Shown: positions 20,727-30,399 of the stretch, in pieces | Layout of the letters: each line of letters opens with the position of its first letter | Numbering within the stretch: the stretch's first letter is position 1 | Origin: Candidatus Latescibacterota bacterium | GTDB taxonomy: Bacteria; Krumholzibacteriota; Krumholzibacteriia; WVZY01 | DNA: 64,000 bases | Assembly: GCA_963791045.1 (NCBI GenBank) | Contig: CAWBQK010000006.1 | Span: 224,001 to 288,000, forward strand | Reading direction: 5' to 3' | Program-made: the position numbers and the translations under genes | The notes under the pieces: model-generated | Database searches by the model: none | Told to the model about the DNA's origin: nothing | What the model saw: only the letters and a program-made list of their open reading frames with translations

Positions 20727-22838
20727 ATGGCAAATCAAAACATTGATTCTCCTCCTCCGGTACAGAAATCAATCGAGCTCCATGCCGGATTGAGTGTTGT
20801 GGCCGCGGCTGTCCTATTTCTTCTTCTTGTTTCTCCATACCCAAACGGCATATTCGAGTCGCAGACCAGATTGCTTGCCACATTGTGCATTCTTGGTTTC
20901 AGTTCGATCTGTTGGCTTTTCTGGGGCGATCGTTTGACGAGGTTACCGCGCGAAGATAGTTTTGTCCTACTAGTGATGGCGATCTCGTACGGATTGCCGG
21001 TGTTGTTTTCTTTCAATCCCCACGAAGCCATTAAAGGTTTTTTGTGGGTTGAGGCATCGCTTGTAGTTTACTTGCTCGCAGCGACGGCCGGACGGAAGCC
21101 ATGGTTTCGCTCCGCCGTGGTCTCCACTTGGGTTGCCAGCAGCGGTGTTGTCTCCCTCCTCGGCCTATTGGTCGGTGGTGGAGTGCTTCATTTCGACGAA
21201 TATGTGGTACACCATGCCCTGACTTCAAGCTTTGGATACGCCAACGTATTCGCGATCTACATACTGAGCGCATCGGTGTTGGCTTTCGGCGAATGGGAAG
21301 CACGGCCCCGGAAGTCTTCACATTTGTATTCAATAGTATTGTATCTAAACATGGTGTGTTTGATTGCCACAGACTCACGGTTGGCTTGGTTGCTGCTTCC
21401 TGTTGTGATACTCGGTTACGTTATTTCTGCGCGAAAAACTGGCATTACATCAAAGCTCGGTCCTCTGGCGGTCATGGGTGTTGGCCTCTTTGTTGGATTT
21501 CAGATTGGGCCCCGGATAGGGTGTACATTTCCTCTTGCTGACTTTTGGACTCCGGTGATCCTTGGACTGCTTCTGGCATTATCTGTTGGGCCTTTGTTGG
21601 CTGTCTCGACACTCATACTTCGTCGTTTCTCCGGTAATGCGAAAAAATGGCTTGTTCTCGGAGCTGTCGTTTTGTCGATAGTCATGGGTGTCGGATTTGC
21701 GCCCAGGTTGATGCCGGCCGGAGTTGGGCGGCAGATTCGAACACTTGCTCCAAACAAGTCGGCCGACCAGCGCCGCCTGTACGTGTTGAATGACGCAGGC
21801 AAAATGTTTCTGCACTCTCCCTTCGGGCGGGGGGGTGGTGCGTGGCTTTGTCAGTATCGGCAATTTAGTTCGTACGGTTACATCATGAATGACCCTCACA
21901 GCGGGATCGTTTTACTTGCTATTGAGGGGGGTGTTCTTGCCTTAGCTTCCTATCTGGCCCTCTGGTTTTTGTTTCTGAGACGCTCGACCAGGGCTTTGAG
22001 GCAGAGCGGTGGGTCTGAGCGGACCCAGTTGGCGGCGATGATTTGGGCTCTGCTGGCCCTGGGGCTTCATAGTGCACTGGACGTGGACCTCTCTTTTGGC
22101 GCTTTGCTGTTCCCGCTGATGGCTTTCTTTGGGGCCACTGCCGGCAAGACCGCTCCGATTGATCTATCCGCGAATAGAAAGACCCGCACCGTTTTGTGGA
22201 TTCTCACATTTGTGATGCTGTTCTCCACTCTGGCCGCCGGCAGCCTTGCGGTCGGACAGAGATTCTCCAATGAGGCGCGAAGCGCCGTTCGCAATGACCA
22301 GTACGAAACGGCCCGCGACATTTTGAGTGCTGCTGTCCGATTCGCGCCGATTGATCCACAGATACTGGATGGCCTCGGTCGTCTTGAGTCAAGAATTGGT
22401 TGGGAAACCGAAAACCCCGAGTTGGTTCGAAGGGGTTTGAATCGTTTGGAGAGAGCCTCGGTTCTGGCTCCCTCAAACCATGGTATTCGGGTTCGATACA
22501 TAGAGGCGTTGATGGCGGTCCACTCTGAAGAGAACGTTGATGAGTTGATTGAGTCTATTGTTGGCCGTCGGCCATGGGACATCAAAGCATACGAGGATGT
22601 GGCGAGACTTCGATTGATGTCGGCGCGTTCTTTTTGGGCCCAGGAGAGGTATGCCATGGCTAACATAGAGGCTCGGAAGGTCCTCGGTTTGTTCGACAAG
22701 ATTGCATTCGTGAGGGCCAACGCACCAAAAGGCATCCCGGGCGACGAAAATCTTCCTCCTTCATCAGAAACCCTCGATGATTGCCGAAGGCAAGCGCGGA
22801 CTATCCTCGATGGAATATCCCCATTTACCGGCGACTAG
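20727..22838 (+). CDS. O-antigen ligase/Wzy_C-like membrane protein with a C-terminal TPR-like domain
   Basis: Multiple TMs; motifs SSFGYAN, TDSR, PFGRGGG.W, DPHSGIV..AIEGG and LHSALDVD; helical C-terminus. Confidence 0.8.
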   Translation: MANQNIDSPPPVQKSIELHAGLSVVAAAVLFLLLVSPYPNGIFESQTRLLATLCILGFSSICWLFWGDRLTRLPREDSFVLLVMAISYGLPVLFSFNPHEAIKGFLWVEASLVVYLLAATAGRKPWFRSAVVSTWVASSGVVSLLGLLVGGGVLHFDEYVVHHALTSSFGYANVFAIYILSASVLAFGEWEARPRKSSHLYSIVLYLNMVCLIATDSRLAWLLLPVVILGYVISARKTGITSKLGPLAVMGVGLFVGFQIGPRIGCTFPLADFWTPVILGLLLALSVGPLLAVSTLILRRFSGNAKKWLVLGAVVLSIVMGVGFAPRLMPAGVGRQIRTLAPNKSADQRRLYVLNDAGKMFLHSPFGRGGGAWLCQYRQFSSYGYIMNDPHSGIVLLAIEGGVLALASYLALWFLFLRRSTRALRQSGGSERTQLAAMIWALLALGLHSALDVDLSFGALLFPLMAFFGATAGKTAPIDLSANRKTRTVLWILTFVMLFSTLAAGSLAVGQRFSNEARSAVRNDQYETARDILSAAVRFAPIDPQILDGLGRLESRIGWETENPELVRRGLNRLERASVLAPSNHGIRVRYIEALMAVHSEENVDELIESIVGRRPWDIKAYEDVARLRLMSARSFWAQERYAMANIEARKVLGLFDKIAFVRANAPKGIPGDENLPPSSETLDDCRRQARTILDGISPFTGD

Positions 22839-22871
22839 GATTCGTATCAAAAACGAAAGTTAGGCCGCCCG

Positions 22872-22900
22872 TTGACTTAAAATACCCACAATGGTACAGT
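22872..22900 (+). promoter_or_regulatory. Sigma70-type promoter
   Basis: TTGACT-17 nt-TACAGT with a TGn extension, upstream of 22970. Confidence 0.6.
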
Positions 22901-22969
22901 AAATCGCAAGGAGGTTGTGCGAGCACGAAAGCAAGATAGTTTCCATTAACTTTCTTGAAGGGGGGAGTT

Positions 22970-23584
22970 ATGGTTTCAGTGTTTAAGGTGTGTGCGGCGA
23001 CGTGTGTGCTGGTGTTGGTCGCCGTTGTGCTTTTTTTGAACAGTCCCGAGGCTTCCTTTACCGTTTCTGAGCTGCTTTACGACGAGTGCGTCGATGGTTG
23101 GTGTCTTAAGACAGGCCCGTATCCTTACGGGCGTTTTTGTCGTGATTATTCTACCGCTGGCTATTCGAACAATTACGACCCACGTTCGACGCTGACCGAC
23201 GAGAGTTGCACGGGAGGACAGGCCGAAGGTCCCGATATGGTTTTTGAACTCGTGCTCTCAGATGGCGATGAAATCGACTTTGAGTGCAGGGCGTATTCCT
23301 GGGACGTCGTCCTGTATATGATCGGTGGTCTTGGTGTTCTCGATTGTAATATGGTGACCGAGTGTGTCGCGGGGAGTAACGTGGGAGGTGCAGGATACAG
23401 AGAGCGTATATCGTACGTTCACTCGGGGCCTACCACCCACTTCTTTCTAATTGTCGATGGTTTTGAGAGTTCGGACTTTGGCAGTTTCTCATGTAGTTGG
23501 ACGCACGATGGCCCCGACTATTGTAATCCGACGATCCCTGTTGAGCAAACCTCATGGGGGAAAGTAAAAGAGATGTACCGATAA
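22970..23584 (+). CDS. Secreted Cys-rich protein with a C-terminal SWGKVKEMY motif
   Basis: RBS GGGGAG and a signal peptide. 'GPDMVFEL...DVVLYMI' is a PPC-like beta domain. Ends PVEQTSWGKVKEMYR. Confidence 0.75.
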   Translation: MVSVFKVCAATCVLVLVAVVLFLNSPEASFTVSELLYDECVDGWCLKTGPYPYGRFCRDYSTAGYSNNYDPRSTLTDESCTGGQAEGPDMVFELVLSDGDEIDFECRAYSWDVVLYMIGGLGVLDCNMVTECVAGSNVGGAGYRERISYVHSGPTTHFFLIVDGFESSDFGSFSCSWTHDGPDYCNPTIPVEQTSWGKVKEMYR

Positions 23585-23612
23585 AACGATTGTGTGCTTT
23601 GCGCAACTCAAG

Positions 23613-23643
23613 GACAAACCGCTTCAACTCGAAGCGGTTTGTC
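23613..23643. terminator. Hairpin between convergent genes
   Basis: GACAAACCGCTTC-AACTC-GAAGCGGTTTGTC, a perfect 13-bp stem. Confidence 0.7.
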
Positions 23644-23692
23644 TTATTACACAGGGTTGCGTTGAACTACTTGAAAGGACTTCTGGGGCTCT

Positions 23693-24478
23693 TCAGCTTT
23701 CAGGTTCGGTAATCTGGAATTCCATGTAAAATCGCTCGACCACCTTACGAAGGGGATCGTCGAGCAGCACAAGTCCGCGCTTAGCGATTTCCTTGGGTAC
23801 GCCCCCATAAAAAGCCTCAGCAATTCCACCCGTGATGCACGCCAGTGTGTCCGCATCGCCGCCAAGTGAGATGGAAAGCCGAATCGCGTCTTCATAATCT
23901 GTCGAATCCAAGAAGGCAACAATCGCCTCGGGGACGGTTTCCTGGCATGACTCGTTGAATTGGTACGTCGGCCGAATTTCTTCTACAGTCCGATTGAGGT
24001 TGTACCCGAAGCGTTTCTCGATAGTCTCGCGGATTTTCTCTTTGGGTTGCCCATCACGGGCGAGGAAGATTGCGGCCGCGGTGGCCTGGGCGCCCTTGAT
24101 GCCTTCGGGATGGTTGTGTGTTACCTCAGCGCTACGCTTTGCCTCGGCAAGCGTCGTTTCAAGATCATCAAACGCAAATCCGACGGGACTAACCCTCATC
24201 GCCGACCCGTTTCCCCAACTGTTGTACGGTTCGCGGTTGCCGGCCTCAACCCAGCACGTGAATCCGCCACCATACCCCCGCCCGGGGTAAGCCAGAGTGT
24301 ACTCATTTAGCTTGTCAACATACGACGTGCCGGTTAGCAAACAATCCGCCACGGCAACCGTTAAGACAGTGTCATCGGTGAAGGTAGTGCGCTCAACGAA
24401 CAAATCGAAATCAGTGTGTTTGATCGCCGTGAACTCGTGAACCGAACCAATGATGTCACCGATGATTGCACCGATCAT
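23693..24478 (-). CDS. ADP-ribosylglycohydrolase (DraG/ARH family)
   Basis: MIGAIIGDIIGS, FTDDT, SWGNGSAMRVSP, THNHPEG and GGDADT. Confidence 0.92.
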   Translation of the reverse strand: MIGAIIGDIIGSVHEFTAIKHTDFDLFVERTTFTDDTVLTVAVADCLLTGTSYVDKLNEYTLAYPGRGYGGGFTCWVEAGNREPYNSWGNGSAMRVSPVGFAFDDLETTLAEAKRSAEVTHNHPEGIKGAQATAAAIFLARDGQPKEKIRETIEKRFGYNLNRTVEEIRPTYQFNESCQETVPEAIVAFLDSTDYEDAIRLSISLGGDADTLACITGGIAEAFYGGVPKEIAKRGLVLLDDPLRKVVERFYMEFQITEPES

Positions 24479-24660
24479 GATTACAGATTCCTTTCGTAGT
24501 CTCGGGCCGATACCAGTCCTTGCGTGTATTCCTTTTGGTTTGTGGTAGGGTGTTATTGCCAAAGAACCCTATCCATGATAATGTCAATCTAACAATTCCG
24601 CAGAACCGGTGCAGAGCAAATAAAGACAATTCAAAACGGACAAATCATTCCAGGTGCGTG

Positions 24661-26612
24661 ATGCATTTGAGAAGTGTTATATCCCCATGGTTAGGTGTGG
24701 TAATCGCCCTTTCCCTGATCGTTGGGGCGGGTTGTTCGAGTTCCAACCGGGAATTCGAAGCCGCGCCCGTACAACAAAACGTCGACATCCCCCCAGAATT
24801 TCTCACTGAGCCCGCCGTCATCCTCCTTGAAGAAGATCGAATCGAAGTCAACGGAGACGAGGCGTTCCACACATATATTCTCCACAAGAAAATTCTCAAA
24901 TCAAGCCATTCCGAAGAGAGCACCTTCAAATTCAGCACGGACAAAAATCGTGAGATTGTCTCGATCAAAGCCCGGGCTGTTTATCCCGACGGTCGTGACC
25001 GAGTTCTGACGGACAAAGATATCGTGGATATTCCGGATTTTTCAGGGTTCGTTTTGTACAGCGACAAACGATCGCGCGCCTTCGACTTCCCGGGCATCCG
25101 TGCGGGTACGGTGATTGCCGTTGAGGTTCGATCCAGAATCAAAAACCTGGCTTACTGGCCCCCCGGCCTATTTCAAAGCCACGTTCCGATGGTTGTACGC
25201 AGATACGTCCTGGTTCATCCGCCTGATGCCGAGTACACGGTCCGATCGCTAAACATGTCTAAAGAGCCCGCCCGGCGATCCGTCCACGATGACGGGTCTC
25301 ATGAAATCATCTGGGAAGCAAAAAATATAGCCGCATTCGAAACAGAAGAGATGATGCCACCGCCGATTGAGTTCATGCCGTCGTTGTGGTTCTCCACGCA
25401 CGAGGAAGTCGAGCTCGGTGTCGATCTCAGACTTGACTCCTGGAACGACATCGTGGAGTGGTACAGGAAACTAACCGATGAGCGTCTCGCCCCGAGCCGT
25501 GAGGTCGAGGAGCTTGTCGAGGTTCTTTGTCCGGGCAGTCTTTCTGAAGGAGCGAAGGCCCGCCGCATCTTCAACTGGGTCCAGGAGAATCTCCGGTATG
25601 TGGCCATTTACCTGGGACTCGGTGGTTACCTCCCCCATGGAGCGGATGACATCATAAGAAATCGCTATGGGGACTGTAAGATCAGTCCGTCGTGCTGGTG
25701 TCGGCTCTCAGAGAAGCTGGGGTTGAGGCTCACCTCGTGCTCGTTAGAACGTCGGATATCGGCCATTTTGAAAACATGCCTCCTTCTGCAGGGTACTTCA
25801 ACCACGCCATAGTCACCGCGGTCATCGAAAACGAGACGGTTTTTCTCGATCCCACGGGCGGCGCATGCAGCTTTGGTGTTCTTCCCGCCGTTGATCAGGG
25901 GGCTGATGCATTGGTGATTCGACAGGGAGAAAATGATCTCATTCGGCTTCCAATTGGCGAGCCTCAAGCAAACGGTTGGAGAGTAAAGGCGAATGTTGTT
26001 GTGGCGGAGGCTTCGCCGCAATAGTTGAAAGCAAGATCGAGTTTGAAGGATTTTACTCCGCGCTCATGCGAAGAGAATTTTCGCATCGGCGGGGTGACTC
26101 CAAGCTCGAGGTTGCGCAGAAATGGTTCGGAGGAGGATCGCGCGACCTCGTTGTTGAAACTCTCAAGATCGACGGCGAAAAAACCACGAGCGATAAACTG
26201 ACGGTGTACTTAACCTGCCGGCTTCCGAAAATGTTGAGTCCTGATAAGAATGTTGAGTTCGTTCAAGCAATCTTTTATCCGGTTCCTCTTGATTTTCCGA
26301 ATGCCGACGAACGGAAATACCCTGTGGTGCTTGGTAAGCCAAGCTATTTTGATTTCAAGTTGTCGTTAACGCTTCCTGAAGATTGGCGCGTTCCCATTGA
26401 CCTGCCCGGGTAAGCATCGAGAATCAAAATTTTGAATATGATTGTTCATATCAGGGAGGCGGCCAAGAGGTTGTCGTGTCGAGGGCCTGGAAAATCTCCG
26501 AGCCATTGATCAACGCGGCTGACTATCCCTCTGTAAGACCCCAGATTGAGATAGTTGCAGACGCTGAAAATACAAAAATCCTGGTGACCCGAGAATGATA
26601 ATTGATTTGTAG
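24661..26612 (+). CDS. DUF3857 plus transglutaminase-like lipoprotein (frameshifted)
   Basis: Lipobox LIVGAGC, N-terminal PAVILLEE; core WVQENLRYVAI..G..PH..YGDCK, FNHAI and FLDPT. Indels near 25680, 26020, 26410 and 26520. End approximate. Confidence 0.75.
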
Positions 26613-26629
26613 GTAACGGCTTGGAATGA

Positions 26630-28699
26630 ATGACTGTAAGGGGGTTTGAAGTGCAGCATTTTTACAGATTGTGGCGGTACTTCGCCGTGGTGATTGTGGC
26701 TGTGATGTTGGGAGCTTGTGCAAATCCGGAGTACGTCGTGAAGGAAAGCAACAACTCCGATCTTCATCCGGAAAATGTTGTTAATGTTGGCCCAGAGGAT
26801 TTTCCGAATCACGGGGCCGTTATTCTCGTGCGCCAAAGGATTCATAAATGGTCGTTCTGGAATCCAAGCGAGATAAAGGAAATCTCACGCGTCAAAATTC
26901 TAAACGAAGAAGGAATTGAGGACTTTGGAAACTTTGTGTCCGAGCCAATCTATAAAAAGGCGAAATATAAACTTCAGGCCTCAGTTACGTCGCCAACAGG
27001 AGACGAGAAGAATATTGGAGGAGATAACAAAAAGAAGGTTTTAATCGGAGATAATTTCTTTGAGTATCGAATCGCATTCCCCGGGCTTGAAGTTGGCTCG
27101 ATCATTGAAATTGAAGAAGAGTCCTCGGGCCGGCCAATTAAGTCGGGTTACTGGAATTTTGCCTCTCACGTACCAACGCTCCGTTCTCAACTCGCGTTCG
27201 TTGTTCCCCGAGGGGTAAAGGTCGATTTCAATTTCACGCCACAAGAGAGTGGAAGGGTTCCGAAGCCTCTGTCTACGGACAAGTTTGATTCCTATATAAT
27301 CACGAAGGAAGTCGTGCCGCCCTACGACGACGAAATCTACATGCCGATGAATCACGTTGGAAACCCGTCTCTGTACTACTATGTGTGGAAATACGATCAG
27401 GCTGATGTTGGCAAATATTTGTTGGGTGACGACTATGACGTTCGGGCGGCCAATTATATGGCGCGATACGTGGAGGAGCACGATATTGACTGGTCGTTTT
27501 TTTCAGAGTGGAATGATGTTGGAAATCTGTTTGCAAAGTACTTCGATCCGTACCGTTGGCGGAACGCTGATGACGCGGACAAATACCGGTCACGAGCAGA
27601 CGAAATCGTTCTCGAAATGGACGTCGAAAGCCGCGAAGATCCAGGGCAGGCGCTGGACACTATTCTGGTAATGTTTCACAAACGGTTCAGCCCCCTGAAA
27701 ATCGGATCATATGCAGCGTTTTATGGCAACCCGGAGGAGTCGTTTGACACCGGTGAAGGTGGCCCGTTTGAGCTTGCGTATGCGTTGAGATATCTTCTGG
27801 ATAAACTGGATGTTATTTCAACAGTTGTGGTGGTCAGAGATGTGGATCGTGGCTTCCTGGACAAGAGAAACCCGGATGAGAGTGCCCTCCATCATCCATT
27901 GTTGCTGGTTCAGACGGGAGAAGCAGAATACTGGATCGATCCGTTTTCGCCGGGCAGCGGGGCAAACCAACTTCCGTGGAAATGTCAGGGGGTAAAGGGG
28001 TTGTGGCTGAAGACCGACAAGGATTTTTCGTTTGTGACAACACCTCTGGACAATGAATACAAGAATTGTTTTACGGACCGAGAAGAAGTGACCATTGCCG
28101 AAAACGGTGATGTCGCCGGTCGGGCAACGTACACGTTGACCGGGCAGTTTCTCTTAGGTCTTCGGCAGGAAACAGGGATTGGCGATATGGATCCGACGGA
28201 TGAGCGCCTGATTGCCTTCGTCGAACGGAACGTGTCGGACGCATTTGACACCGATGGAATAGAGATTGATATAGATAGTAGAGACACGCTCCAGGTGTCC
28301 TTTGACTATATGGCCGCGGGATTTGCCGATCGATCGGGGGAGTATCTTAATATCGATTTTTCGCCGTGGTGCCGCTGTCCCGTCCAGAAAGTGTTCGAGA
28401 ACGATGAGCGGAAATTCGATGTTGTGTTTCCATATCCGGCGACCAGAAATACGACGGTGAAGATCAAAATTCCCGAGGATTTCGAGATTGCAGAAGCGGC
28501 CGAGAATACCGATCAGACAAACAAAAGTTTCGCCTACCGTAAAATGTGTTACAGGCAGGGGAACGGCGTGGTGCTGTCGCGCTACTTCGCGATTACGTCC
28601 CCGACCGTTGACGCAGCTGATTATTTGGAAGCTAAAGAGTTTGTTGCAATGACACGCAAGTACGATGCGGAGGCTGTTGTGCTGAGGCGGTCACAGTAA
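26630..28699 (+). CDS. Second DUF3857/transglutaminase-like lipoprotein (catalytic Cys apparently absent)
   Basis: Lipobox MLGAC, GAVILV, FPGLEVGSIIE, YWIDP and ERKFDVVFPY. Confidence 0.75.
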   Translation: MTVRGFEVQHFYRLWRYFAVVIVAVMLGACANPEYVVKESNNSDLHPENVVNVGPEDFPNHGAVILVRQRIHKWSFWNPSEIKEISRVKILNEEGIEDFGNFVSEPIYKKAKYKLQASVTSPTGDEKNIGGDNKKKVLIGDNFFEYRIAFPGLEVGSIIEIEEESSGRPIKSGYWNFASHVPTLRSQLAFVVPRGVKVDFNFTPQESGRVPKPLSTDKFDSYIITKEVVPPYDDEIYMPMNHVGNPSLYYYVWKYDQADVGKYLLGDDYDVRAANYMARYVEEHDIDWSFFSEWNDVGNLFAKYFDPYRWRNADDADKYRSRADEIVLEMDVESREDPGQALDTILVMFHKRFSPLKIGSYAAFYGNPEESFDTGEGGPFELAYALRYLLDKLDVISTVVVVRDVDRGFLDKRNPDESALHHPLLLVQTGEAEYWIDPFSPGSGANQLPWKCQGVKGLWLKTDKDFSFVTTPLDNEYKNCFTDREEVTIAENGDVAGRATYTLTGQFLLGLRQETGIGDMDPTDERLIAFVERNVSDAFDTDGIEIDIDSRDTLQVSFDYMAAGFADRSGEYLNIDFSPWCRCPVQKVFENDERKFDVVFPYPATRNTTVKIKIPEDFEIAEAAENTDQTNKSFAYRKMCYRQGNGVVLSRYFAITSPTVDAADYLEAKEFVAMTRKYDAEAVVLRRSQ

Positions 28700-28716
28700 C
28701 CGAATGTCAGTATTGA

Positions 28717-28749
28717 CAAAACCCGGGGAGCCGTGCTCTCCGGGTTTTG
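28717..28749. terminator. Bidirectional intrinsic terminator
   Basis: CAAAACCCGGGGAG-loop-CTCTCCGGGTTTTG between convergent genes. Confidence 0.7.
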
Positions 28750-28775
28750 CTTTATCCGGGTGAAATATACTTGGC

Positions 28776-29996
28776 CTATATTATGAAACCCAGCGACAAA
28801 CGAAATTCGCGAGATTTGTAGTTGATGGATTCTGGATGTGCGTCGTCCTTTAAACCAATCAGACCGATAAAATACTGTGCCGAGATCATTATGCGATGAG
28901 TCCCAATGGGGTGCTCATATCCGCCACCAACTATTATGGATACATTCATCGGGCTGAGCATGTCCGATACGTCGATATCCTCGCCAGTCGGGCCTTCAAG
29001 CCTGGCGCTAAGCATGTACGCCGGTTCGATGCCGCCGCTGAGGAATAACCTTGGATGTTCCATCGGGAAAAACTTGAATATGAGGGGGAGCGCGATGAAT
29101 TGATGTATCAAGTCATACTCACCGGTCGGTAAATCGCCTTCCATTACATAGGTGGCGCGATTGCCAATCTGGACATATCGTAGCTCGGGTTGAAAGGATA
29201 CCTGATAGCTGACCGGCATGTCGAGAATTAGTCCGGGTGAGAGCGATCGAAGATTCTCCCATTCACTCGCCTGCCCCATCCCAAGGTATCTATCCGCGAC
29301 GGCTGACGAAGTTTTGTCGCCCTGATAGCTCAGTGATGTGCTGCTCAATCCAACCTGGAACCCGAACCGGACTCGCTTCCATCGTGATTCGACGGCGTAG
29401 GGCTTCAATTGTACTACGAGGCTTATGGTACTGTCGGTGGGGACGTTGATCGTGCGAACATCCTCGACGTAATCCCATTTACGAATTTTGAGCGTGTAGT
29501 CTCCAGTGGAAACGTATTGTTTGAGGGGTGATTTGCCGATTTCATCGCCGTTGAGGAATACGTCGCAGCCGGTCGGCGTGGTTCGTATATCGATAGTTCC
29601 GTACATCTCTTTTCTGAATTGCTCGTAAATGTTTTTGAGAGCTTTCGGATGATGAGATGGGTCGATCTCGATGTCGGGAAACTCCGTAATGGCGGTTTTT
29701 GCGACCTCGGTCGCCTTGGATTCGTCGCCCTGCTCATGATAGGCGGTTGCAAGTTCGTTGTAGGCCGATTTCCTGACGTCATCGGTGGCGGAAGCATCGG
29801 CCAGGATGTCGTTGAGTTGTGTGATTGCCTCGTCATATCGACCAAGTTTGCGGAGAATCCGGATGTCAGATACGCTGTGGGTTGCCGCTGCCGCCTCGAG
29901 ACAAATGGTTGCCATCAAAAACGTCGTCATCAGAAACAGGCCGAAGGCTCGACACCAATCGATATGTGTTTTGTGATGTGCGGTGCGTCCTCTCAC
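28776..29996 (-). CDS. Secreted TPR + PEGA + outer-membrane beta-barrel protein
   Basis: Signal peptide, TPR (LGRYDEAITQL), PEGA (IRTTPTGCDVFLNGDEIGKSPL) and a C-terminal amphipathic barrel ending FRLSLGFII. Confidence 0.75.
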   Translation of the reverse strand: MRGRTAHHKTHIDWCRAFGLFLMTTFLMATICLEAAAATHSVSDIRILRKLGRYDEAITQLNDILADASATDDVRKSAYNELATAYHEQGDESKATEVAKTAITEFPDIEIDPSHHPKALKNIYEQFRKEMYGTIDIRTTPTGCDVFLNGDEIGKSPLKQYVSTGDYTLKIRKWDYVEDVRTINVPTDSTISLVVQLKPYAVESRWKRVRFGFQVGLSSTSLSYQGDKTSSAVADRYLGMGQASEWENLRSLSPGLILDMPVSYQVSFQPELRYVQIGNRATYVMEGDLPTGEYDLIHQFIALPLIFKFFPMEHPRLFLSGGIEPAYMLSARLEGPTGEDIDVSDMLSPMNVSIIVGGGYEHPIGTHRIMISAQYFIGLIGLKDDAHPESINYKSREFRLSLGFII

Positions 29997-30317
29997 TATT
30001 GTCCCTCCCTTTGAAACGACTCGTACGAAACCAGAGTGCGCCGTCGGTATAACGGCATTGGTTAGTACAATAGACGACGCCCCCTGCTCGTTTTCGGAGG
30101 GGAATCCAGCCTTTTCGCATCTGATGTGTCGTTTAATCGTACGCTGCGCCGTGCAAACTGTAGTTACCTCAATTAGTTATACCACAGGCAGTCGGCGTCG
30201 TGCAACCGATAAGCCCCTCCATGTGTCGTTGATCCATCGGAATTTTTTCCACCGAAGAATATAGTCCTCAAGCGTCTTGTCTAAATGAAGAGGCGTGTGA
30301 AACCGGAGTTCGAACGC

Positions 30318-30349
30318 AAAACGGCCGGGCGTTGGAGCCCGGCCGTTTT
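30318..30349. terminator. Intrinsic terminator
   Basis: AAAACGGCCGGGC-loop-GCCCGGCCGTTTT downstream of the 30400 stop. Confidence 0.75.
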
Positions 30350-30399
30350 AAAGATGTGAGTCGATGTCTCGAGGTGAGTTGCGCCGCCTGCTCGGCGGC

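Noticed and set aside
23693-24478. ADP-ribosylglycohydrolase as antitoxin of a toxin or defence pair
   Set aside because: No ADP-ribosyltransferase or toxin gene is adjacent, and stand-alone members are common.
30270-30320. GGAGTTCGAAC resembling a tRNA T-loop
   Set aside because: No cloverleaf or acceptor stem could be built, and it is adjacent to an ordinary terminator.
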